Assembly: GCA_043732185.1 (NCBI GenBank)
Contig: JAYTHY010000047.1
Coordinates: forward strand, 1-35,521
Length of the DNA stretch: 35,521 bases
Source: Fibrobacteria bacterium
GTDB lineage: Bacteria > Fibrobacterota > Fibrobacteria > UBA11236
Direction of reading: 5' to 3'
Positions 17,512 through 24,839 of the stretch are shown piece after piece; within the stretch, counting starts at the first letter, position 1; each line of letters opens with the position of its first letter. The notes under the pieces were generated by a model. The model had not been told where the DNA came from, made no database searches, and saw nothing but the letters and a program-made list of their open reading frames with translations. The translations under genes were made by a program, and so were the position numbers.

Positions 17512-17527
17512 GCGTAATATATTACGC
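17512..17527. promoter_or_regulatory. Perfect 16-bp palindrome in the divergent promoter region, candidate operator
   Basis: GCGTAATATATTACGC equals its own reverse complement; it lies mid-way in the 125-nt gap between the OYE and enolase-superfamily genes. Confidence 0.7.
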
Positions 17528-17582
17528 CAGAACTATTAATATAGGGTAAATTAATTCCTCAATAGTACTCTTTGATAGCAGC

Positions 17583-19025
17583 ATGGCAGAAAACCCTAAA
17601 TTAAGAATACTTGAGGCCTCGGTTTTTTCCCGTCCGATTAAAACGCGCATGCCTTTTCGATTTGGGCGATCCACTCTGACCCAAATGCCTATCCTGCATC
17701 TGCGGCTGAAAGTGGAAACCAGTGGTGGCGCAATCGTTCATGGAGTCAGCGCCAGCGGAATACCCCCGCTTTGGTTTGACAAGGCCGCGGGCAAAACCCA
17801 TGAAGACAATATCAACGACCTTTCCTTATCGCTGCACCTGGCCTTGGACCAGTACCTGGAACTGGATGAAGCCCCGGTCTGGTACCTGCATAGCACCGCC
17901 GAACCCATTGCCCGCAAGTTGGCCGCCGCCAAGGGACTGAATGAGTTAACGGCTGGATTCGGAGTGGCTTTAGTGGACGCAGCCCTCATCGATGCGGCAT
18001 GTCGGCATACGGGTCTGACATTTCACACCGCCCTCAAATCGAATTTGTTTGGTATGGGCGCGGGTTTGGCACAATCGGTTCCCGACGCACCTTTGAATTC
18101 AATTGCCCTCCGCCATACGGTTGGACTTCTTGACCCGATTACATCTGCGGATGTGTCCGTCCCCCTTAACGATGGACTTCCTGAAACGCTGGAAGATGTG
18201 ATTCGCCAGTACCAGGCCGGTTACTTCAAAATCAAGATATCCGGTGATGTCACCGAATCAAGGAATCGGCTACGCAGCATCGCAAAGGTATTGGATGCCC
18301 AGGCCGGTGACTACCGTGCCACATTGGACGGCAATGAACAGTTCCCGACCATGGATGCCTTTGCGGACTTTCTGGCGGATGCGGCCAAGGACCCTGGCTT
18401 GCAGGCATTTTGGCAACGCACTTTGTGGATAGAGCAGCCCGTGGGTCGCGCCCATTCGCTCCTGGACTCAGTGGCAACGCCGCTTGAAAAAGTAAACGCG
18501 TTCAAACCCGTTATTATCGATGAGAGCGATGGGAGCGATGAATCTGTGGACCAGGCATTCGCACTTGGCTACCAGGGCATTTCCGCCAAAAATTGCAAAG
18601 GGGTATTCCGTACGTTACATAGCTTCCAGCGCATCCAGGAGCGAGTGGCCTCAGGAAAACCGGCTCCTATCTTGTCCAGTGAAGACTTGACCCACACGCC
18701 TATCGTTCCCTTGCATCAAGACTTGTGCGTGGCTGCCGCTCTGGGAATTCCGCATAGCGAACGCAACGGACACCATTATATCATCGGCTTCGATTTTCTT
18801 TCTGAGCGTGAGCGCAATGATGCCTTGCGGGAATTTCCGTCCCTGTACCGGACTCGATCGGTGGGCAATCCGGTACTCAGAATTGAAAAGGGCTTTCTGA
18901 ACCTATCCGAGCTGAATAAAAATGGATTCGGAACGGCTTCCGAACCTGATTGGGATTTTATGGAGCCAGTTCGACTTCCCGAAATCCCCGATGACATTAT
19001 CGCCGACACAAGGAGACTCTCATGA
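17583..19025 (+). CDS. Mandelate racemase/muconate lactonizing (enolase) superfamily enzyme
   Basis: RMPFRFG cap loop; YFKIKISG (KxK); metal ligands LDGNEQ, WIEQP, IIDESD; AKNCKG; SEDL. Confidence 0.82.
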   Translation: MAENPKLRILEASVFSRPIKTRMPFRFGRSTLTQMPILHLRLKVETSGGAIVHGVSASGIPPLWFDKAAGKTHEDNINDLSLSLHLALDQYLELDEAPVWYLHSTAEPIARKLAAAKGLNELTAGFGVALVDAALIDAACRHTGLTFHTALKSNLFGMGAGLAQSVPDAPLNSIALRHTVGLLDPITSADVSVPLNDGLPETLEDVIRQYQAGYFKIKISGDVTESRNRLRSIAKVLDAQAGDYRATLDGNEQFPTMDAFADFLADAAKDPGLQAFWQRTLWIEQPVGRAHSLLDSVATPLEKVNAFKPVIIDESDGSDESVDQAFALGYQGISAKNCKGVFRTLHSFQRIQERVASGKPAPILSSEDLTHTPIVPLHQDLCVAAALGIPHSERNGHHYIIGFDFLSERERNDALREFPSLYRTRSVGNPVLRIEKGFLNLSELNKNGFGTASEPDWDFMEPVRLPEIPDDIIADTRRLS

Positions 19026-19648
19026 ACCGGAACATTGGAAAATCAGATCCTGTTTCCCCAACGGAACCTGTTGACCTGGAGGGCTCCGGGGACGCGGAGG
19101 CCCGTGTCGCGCGCCGATCCAAGGCCGGTCCCTATGACTTCTCCATTTTGCGCAACCTGCGTAAGGCTCAAGGCTTCACCATTGCCGATATCGCACAAGC
19201 CTCCGGGATTTCCACGGCCGTGATATCCCGCATCGAACGAAACCAAGCGGTGCCGGAACTGGATACGCTCTTTCGCCTCGGCAAAGCATTCGGGATTACC
19301 GCCACGGATTTGCTGGGCCTGGCGGAATTTCGCACCTCCCAGACCACGTCTTCCCAGCATTATGTTTCCGGAGGCTTCCAGTTTCAGAACATCAACTTCA
19401 TGAACTTGCAATGCTTCCTGGGTTCGGCCTTGGCTGGCGGCACCGTGAATCGTCCTGAGGTGCATCACAACGACCATGAAGTGTGCTGGGTGCTGCAAGG
19501 CAGTATTGAAATGATGCTCAATGAGGAACGCCACATATTGAAGGAAGGGGATGCCATCCAGTTCGATGCCGTGCTCACACACACCTATAAAGCGTTGTCC
19601 GATTGCCGCATCTTGACCATCCATATTCGCAAAGGCAAGCAGATCTGA
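19022..19648 (+). CDS. XRE-family HTH transcriptional regulator with C-terminal cupin domain
   Basis: LRNLRKAQGFTIADIAQASGISTAVISRIERNQAVP HTH; HHNDHEVCWVLQG..GDAIQFDAVLTHTY cupin. Confidence 0.92.
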   Translation: MNRNIGKSDPVSPTEPVDLEGSGDAEARVARRSKAGPYDFSILRNLRKAQGFTIADIAQASGISTAVISRIERNQAVPELDTLFRLGKAFGITATDLLGLAEFRTSQTTSSQHYVSGGFQFQNINFMNLQCFLGSALAGGTVNRPEVHHNDHEVCWVLQGSIEMMLNEERHILKEGDAIQFDAVLTHTYKALSDCRILTIHIRKGKQI

Positions 19649-19649
19649 T

Positions 19650-21056
19650 ATGTTAGATATTCGCGCAGACCTAGTTCCCGAGGACCTAGCACCGAAGTTG
19701 CAGCGCCTATGGGCCGCCTCGTCCGAAAAGATTCTCTCCCTGCAAAAGTCTTGGGTAGTGAAGGAAGGTTCCCCGGTATTCACCGTCAAGGGACGGTACA
19801 CGTCCAAGGGCTGGACGGAATGGACGCAGGGTTTTCAAATTGGATCCGCTTTGCTGCAATTCGATGCCACCGGTGAAACCGATTTTCTAGAATTGGGGCG
19901 CACGGCAACCATGGACAGCATGGCCGGACACATCACCCATATGGGCGTGCACGATCACGGCTTCAATACTGTCAGCACGTATGGCAATCTTTGGCGCTTG
20001 TTAATGGAAGGCCGCATTGAAGACCAGGGACGTGAACAGGATTTTCATGCCTTGGCACTTAAAGTAAGCGGTGCAGTGCAGGCCCACCGCTGGACACCCA
20101 TAAACGATGGCCGCGGATTCATCCATTCTTTCAATGGCCCACACTCACTGTTTGCGGACACTATCCGTTCCTTGCGCGTCCTGGCGCTTGCGCATAAGCT
20201 TGGCCATGTGCTGCTTGAAGAAAAAGACGTTCGCATCAATTTGCTCCAACGCCTGATTCAGCATGCCCATGTCACCGCGGACTTTACCGTTTACTATGGC
20301 GAAGGCCGTGACGCGTATGATACGCCTACGCTTAGGGGCCGGACCGCCCACGAAAGCATTTTCAATACCACGGACGGCAGTTATCGTTGTCCCAACTCCC
20401 AACAAGGCTACAGCCCTTTCAGCACGTGGACGCGCGGGCTCGCCTGGGTCATGCTGGGTTTTGCCGAGCAACTCGAATTTCTAGAAACCGTTCCCAATTC
20501 AGAATTGGATGCGCTGGCGTTTCCCGGCACTGAGTTTGGGAGCCAAGCCATCAAAGCATTCATGCTGAAAGCGGCAACAGCGGCTTGCGACTTTTACATC
20601 CAGCATGTTCCAACGGACGGTATTCCTTACTGGGATACCGGCGCGCCCAATCTCCACAAGCTCGGGGACTATCTCCATAAACCCGCAGATCCATTCAACA
20701 CACAGGAACCGGTGGACAGTTCGGCCGCCGCCATCGCCTCACAAGGACTTTTGCGGCTGGGACATTATTTACAAAGCCAAGGCCAATCCGCAGTCGGCAC
20801 ACGGTATTGGCAGGCGGGACTTTCCGTAGTCGATAAACTGCTGGCGGAACCATACCTCAGCACGGATCCCGCTCATCAGGGTTTGCTGTTGCATTCCGTA
20901 TACCACCGTCCCAATGGTTGGGATTATATTCCACCCAGGGCAAAGGTTCCGAATGGAGAATCCAGCCAATGGGGTGATTATCATTTGAGGGAAGTGGCCT
21001 TGTATTTGCAGCGTATCATCCACAAGAACACTTACTACACATTTTACGGAGTCTGA
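19650..21056 (+). CDS. Glycoside hydrolase family 88-like protein (unsaturated glucuronyl hydrolase-like)
   Basis: WTQGF, HDHGF (first catalytic Asp equivalent), FADT (second Asp equivalent), WTRGLAW, PYWD, DSSAAAI, WGDYH; no signal peptide. Confidence 0.85.
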   Translation: MLDIRADLVPEDLAPKLQRLWAASSEKILSLQKSWVVKEGSPVFTVKGRYTSKGWTEWTQGFQIGSALLQFDATGETDFLELGRTATMDSMAGHITHMGVHDHGFNTVSTYGNLWRLLMEGRIEDQGREQDFHALALKVSGAVQAHRWTPINDGRGFIHSFNGPHSLFADTIRSLRVLALAHKLGHVLLEEKDVRINLLQRLIQHAHVTADFTVYYGEGRDAYDTPTLRGRTAHESIFNTTDGSYRCPNSQQGYSPFSTWTRGLAWVMLGFAEQLEFLETVPNSELDALAFPGTEFGSQAIKAFMLKAATAACDFYIQHVPTDGIPYWDTGAPNLHKLGDYLHKPADPFNTQEPVDSSAAAIASQGLLRLGHYLQSQGQSAVGTRYWQAGLSVVDKLLAEPYLSTDPAHQGLLLHSVYHRPNGWDYIPPRAKVPNGESSQWGDYHLREVALYLQRIIHKNTYYTFYGV

Positions 21057-21129
21057 TGGAAACCATGGAACCGGTCTGGGCTATGAAATCCGCGGACCTT
21101 TGGAATTTAAGTAAAGAGGATTTTTTTGC

Positions 21130-21903
21130 ATGACTAAAAGAGTAGCCGCCGTAACAGGTGGGGGACGGGGAATCGGACTCGGAATTTCCATATGTTTGGC
21201 TAAAGAAGGCTTTGACTTGGCGCTGTGTGGCCAGCGACCAGAATTCCAACTACAGGAAACTCTTTTAAACCTCCGCCAATTGGGCGCGCGGGTACACTAT
21301 ACGCAGGCCAATCTGGCGGATGCGACAGCGCGAGAAGCGTTTCTCGCAGACATCAAAACCCATTTCGGCCGTCTGGATGTGCTGGTCAATAATGCCGGCA
21401 TCGCTCCCAAAGTGCGTGCCGATATATTGGAGTCCGATGAGGAAAGCTTCGATGCACTCATCCAGGTCAATTTGCGTGCGCCGTATTTTTTGACGCAAAA
21501 AGCAGCCCGCTGGATGATCGACCAGAAAAAATCCGATCCAACTTTACAACCTTGCATCATTAATATTTCATCCATCTCCGCCACCGTCGCGTCCACAAAT
21601 CGCGGCGATTATTGCCTGGCCAAAGCTGGACTGGCCATGTCCACGCAGCTCTTCGCCGTGCGTTTGGCCGAGTATGGCATTCCAGTTTACGAAGTGCGAC
21701 CCGGTCTTATCAAAACCGATATGACTGCGGCCGTAACGTCAAAATACGATGACTTGATTGCCAAAGGACTGGTCCCGCAGAATCGTTGGGGAGTGGCAGA
21801 GGATGTCGGCAAAGCTGTGTCCATGCTGGCAAGAGGCGATCTCCCCTATTCGACCGGGCAGGTACTTATGATAGATGGCGGTCTTACTTTGGAGCGGCTA
21901 TGA
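21130..21903 (+). CDS. Short-chain dehydrogenase/reductase
   Basis: TGGGRGIG, NNAG, ISSIS, YCLAK, PGLIKTDM. Confidence 0.92.
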   Translation: MTKRVAAVTGGGRGIGLGISICLAKEGFDLALCGQRPEFQLQETLLNLRQLGARVHYTQANLADATAREAFLADIKTHFGRLDVLVNNAGIAPKVRADILESDEESFDALIQVNLRAPYFLTQKAARWMIDQKKSDPTLQPCIINISSISATVASTNRGDYCLAKAGLAMSTQLFAVRLAEYGIPVYEVRPGLIKTDMTAAVTSKYDDLIAKGLVPQNRWGVAEDVGKAVSMLARGDLPYSTGQVLMIDGGLTLERL

Positions 21904-22544
21904 TCGATACACTGTCTCAAGCTCGGCTTATGCCCGTGATTGTGATCGATCGCGTGGAAGACGCCTGGCCATTGGCGCAGGCCCTGAAGGCAGGTGGATT
22001 GCCGGTTGCGGAAGTCACCTTTAGAACAGCTGCAGCTGTGGAAGCGATCCGCGCCATTTCCAAAGACAAGGACATTGCATTAGGTGCTGGAACTATTTTG
22101 CAACCGGATCAAGTCGACCAAGCTCGGGACGCGGGGGCCACCTATATCGTCACACCCGGATTCAACCCCAAAGTTGTCCGCCGCTGCCGCGATTTAGACT
22201 TGCCCATTTTTCCCGGCATCGCCACGCCAACTGAAATTCAAATGGCTCTAGATGAAGGCGTGGAAACTGTAAAATTTTTTCCGGCGGAATCTCTGGGCGG
22301 GATCAAGGCTTTGCGTGCCATGGCCGCGCCATATTCCATGATGCGCTTTATTCCAACCGGCGGCATCACTTTGGAAAAGCTGCCCGAGTATCTTGAGTCT
22401 CCATGTGTTCTCGCTGTTGGTGGAAGCTGGATGGTGGCTCCGGAACTTTTGAATTCCAAAAATTTCAGCGAAGTCACGCGCCTGGCTGCGCAGGCCGTAG
22501 CCATGGTCCAATCGAAGGCGTCTACCGATAAGCCCAAGAGTTAA
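21900..22544 (+). CDS. eda: KDPG/KHG aldolase
   Basis: EVTFRT, GAGT, VTPG, TPTE, VKFFPAE, FIPTGGI, VGGSW. Start reset to ATG 21900, overlapping the SDR stop (ATGA). Confidence 0.96.
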   Translation: MIDTLSQARLMPVIVIDRVEDAWPLAQALKAGGLPVAEVTFRTAAAVEAIRAISKDKDIALGAGTILQPDQVDQARDAGATYIVTPGFNPKVVRRCRDLDLPIFPGIATPTEIQMALDEGVETVKFFPAESLGGIKALRAMAAPYSMMRFIPTGGITLEKLPEYLESPCVLAVGGSWMVAPELLNSKNFSEVTRLAAQAVAMVQSKASTDKPKS

Positions 22545-22582
22545 TTTTCTAAGTCTGATTCAAATCGATGCCCGGAGGAAAA

Positions 22583-23683
22583 ATGAGTTGGTTCACCGTA
22601 AAACCCAAAGACCAATGCGAGTTTGATCTTGTCTCCCTAGGCGAAATCATGCTTCGCCTGGATCCGGGCGACACGCGCATCCGCACAGCTCGCAGCTTCA
22701 GGGCTTGGGAAGGCGGCGGGGAATACAATGTCGCTCGCGGACTGCGCCGATGCTTTGGCCAACGTAGCGCCGTGGTTACTGCTTTTGCGGACAATGAAGT
22801 GGGCCGCCTAGTGGAAGATTTCATCCTTCAGGGCGGCGTGGACACGCGCTTTATAAAATGGGTGCCCTACGATGGTATGGGCCGACAAACCCGCAATGGA
22901 ATCAACTTTACGGAACGCGGTTTTGGCGTACGCGGCGCAGTTGGCCTTTCTGATCGCGGACATACCGCGGCCAGCCAGCTCAAAAAGGGTGATGTCGACT
23001 GGGAAGCCATTTTCGGAAAACGGGGCGCGCGTTGGTTTCATACCGGCGGCATTTTTGCCGGCCTATCCGAAACCACCCCGGATGTGATTGTGGAAGCCAT
23101 GCAGGTCGCCCAAAAATACGGAACCCGCATTTCCTTTGATCTCAATTATCGCCCCAGCCTCTGGAAAAATTTTGGCGGCCAGAAACGCGCCCAGGAAGTC
23201 AATAAAAAATTGGCCCGTTATGTGGATGTCCTCATTGGCAATGAAGAAGACTTTACCGCGTCACTTGGATTCTCCGTGCCCGAAACCAATGCGAACCTGA
23301 CCGAATTGGATAGCAAAAATTTCCAGACGATGATCGGAGCCGTCGTCAAAGAGTTTCCCAATATCCAAGTCCTAGCCACCACATTGCGCACGGTGAAATC
23401 CGCCGGCATCAATGATTGGGGCGCAATAGGCTGGGCGCAAGGAAAATTCCAGGAAGCCACCTTGCGTAGCAACATGGAAATCTACGATAGAGTTGGAGGC
23501 GGGGACAGCTTCGCTTCGGGGCTTATCTATGGACTCATGGAAAAGGGAGATTTGGCTCAAGCCCTTGAGTATGGTGCCGCGCATGGTGCACTGGCCATGA
23601 CCACACCCGGAGACACCTCCATGGCCAACTTAGCGGAAGTGGAAGGCCTTGTGAAAGGCGCCGGTGCCCGGGTTCAGCGGTAA
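22583..23683 (+). CDS. kdgK: PfkB-family sugar kinase, 2-keto-3-deoxygluconate kinase type
   Basis: GEIMLRL, GGGEYNVA, FDLNYRPSLW, GNEED, DRVGGGDSF; follows eda; GGAGG RBS before ATG 22583. Confidence 0.88.
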   Translation: MSWFTVKPKDQCEFDLVSLGEIMLRLDPGDTRIRTARSFRAWEGGGEYNVARGLRRCFGQRSAVVTAFADNEVGRLVEDFILQGGVDTRFIKWVPYDGMGRQTRNGINFTERGFGVRGAVGLSDRGHTAASQLKKGDVDWEAIFGKRGARWFHTGGIFAGLSETTPDVIVEAMQVAQKYGTRISFDLNYRPSLWKNFGGQKRAQEVNKKLARYVDVLIGNEEDFTASLGFSVPETNANLTELDSKNFQTMIGAVVKEFPNIQVLATTLRTVKSAGINDWGAIGWAQGKFQEATLRSNMEIYDRVGGGDSFASGLIYGLMEKGDLAQALEYGAAHGALAMTTPGDTSMANLAEVEGLVKGAGARVQR

Positions 23684-23696
23684 AAATCTTTAAACG

Positions 23697-23882
23697 TTAT
23701 TCCATCCAGTGTTCGCGGCTCCAAAACAGCATCAAGCCCACTGCCGTACAAATCCCGAAAAAAGAAGTCCATAACAGCAAGCCCAAGAGATTGGTCGCAC
23801 CTAGAGAGGTCGCCCAGGTTACGGAACCGGCAAGACCGATGAGATACACAACGAAAAGAAACGCGCCACCGACAAGTGTCAT
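23697..23882 (-). CDS. Small membrane protein with two predicted TM segments (61 aa)
   Basis: Very hydrophobic ORF; GGAG RBS 7 nt upstream of ATG 23882. Confidence 0.55.
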   Translation of the reverse strand: MTLVGGAFLFVVYLIGLAGSVTWATSLGATNLLGLLLWTSFFGICTAVGLMLFWSREHWME

Positions 23883-23955
23883 TTTAAGCTCCAATTTCCC
23901 ACTTCAACTCAAAAGTGGCGTTTTTCAAAAGTAATTATTCTGTTCCCGAACTGGA

Positions 23956-23993
23956 AGTTCAAGCGATATCAATTAGTTCAAGTGATATCAATT
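23956..23993. repeat. 19-bp tandem direct repeat
   Basis: AGTTCAAGCGATATCAATT followed by AGTTCAAGTGATATCAATT (1 mismatch). Confidence 0.85.
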
Positions 23994-24074
23994 CGCCTCA
24001 AAGGTTTTTTTAGGGCCGGTTTCGGGGTTGATTTGAGTTCTTCGTTGGGGATAAAAACAGGGCCGTGCAAAATT

Positions 24075-24103
24075 TAGCCATAAATATGGTTTTATGGTAT
24101 ACT
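24075..24103 (+). promoter_or_regulatory. TA operon promoter with overlapping inverted-repeat operator
   Basis: Extended -10 TGgTATACT (24095-24103) ends 6 nt before the ATG; CCATAAA-N6-TTTATGG inverted repeat at 24078-24097. Confidence 0.7.
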
Positions 24104-24109
24104 TGTTCT

Positions 24110-24376
24110 ATGAAAGCTACCATCGAATTCGACGATGAGCTGTACCGCCAACTCAAGTCCACGGCTGCTCTGCGCGGCAAAAAAGTGCGTGAACTGGTTA
24201 ACGACGCGGTACGGAAATCTTTACAAAATGCCTATGGCCCGGTCCCCGACGCAACAGTCCATGATTTGCCTTTGATTGGATCTCCACGCAAGAATCCTCT
24301 TTCCATCCCAGACGATATCTCGACTCGCCTCGACTCAGATTCGGATAGGAAAAACCATGCGGCATCTTTGCGATAG
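24110..24376 (+). CDS. vapB: VapB-like ribbon-helix-helix antitoxin
   Basis: MKATIEFDDELYRQLKSTAALRGKKVRELVNDAVR RHH pattern; overlaps the downstream PIN gene. Confidence 0.82.
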   Translation: MKATIEFDDELYRQLKSTAALRGKKVRELVNDAVRKSLQNAYGPVPDATVHDLPLIGSPRKNPLSIPDDISTRLDSDSDRKNHAASLR

Positions 24377-24821
24377 CAATGTCCTGCTCGCGTTCGTCCT
24401 GACCAACCACCCCCATCACGCCTTGTCCCGGAAGTGGTTTCAATCTCTCGGTCCCGAGGAAACTGTCGGCCTATGCCGTTCAACGCAGTTGTCTTTTCTG
24501 CGCCTCCTTACCACGGAAGCGATCCTCAAACAAGATACCCAGACTAACTCGGAAGCCATTGCTGTCTGGAATGGCTTGGCAAAACACCCCCGATGCGAAT
24601 TCCTTTTGAACGAACCTTCCATGCTTGAGTCAATATGGTTGGAATGGGCAGGCGTGAATAAGGCGTCTCCTAAAATATGGATGGACGCTTACCTTGCCGC
24701 TTTCGCGCTAGGACATGGACTCCGTTTGGTGACTTTCGATCGTGGTTTCGAATCGTACCGTGAAAAAGGACTCAACCTGCTGTTGCTGTTCGATCATCCA
24801 GCCCGCAATAAACTTAAATGA
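24357..24821 (+). CDS. vapC: VapC PIN-domain ribonuclease toxin
   Basis: MRHLCDSNVLLA, HPHH, SFLRLLT, WMDAYLAAFA, LVTFDRGF. Start reset to ATG 24357. Confidence 0.9.
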   Translation: MRHLCDSNVLLAFVLTNHPHHALSRKWFQSLGPEETVGLCRSTQLSFLRLLTTEAILKQDTQTNSEAIAVWNGLAKHPRCEFLLNEPSMLESIWLEWAGVNKASPKIWMDAYLAAFALGHGLRLVTFDRGFESYREKGLNLLLLFDHPARNKLK

Positions 24822-24839
24822 ACCGACCTGCGGAAAAAT

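Noticed and set aside
21130..21903. fabG (fatty-acid synthesis) or kduD assignment for the SDR
   Set aside because: No fab genes nearby and the context is sugar-acid catabolism; the sequence does not show KduD-specific features that I can recognise, so it is left as an unassigned SDR.
23956..23993. CRISPR-like array
   Set aside because: Only two abutting units, no spacer and no cas genes; no CRISPR array was seen anywhere in the window.
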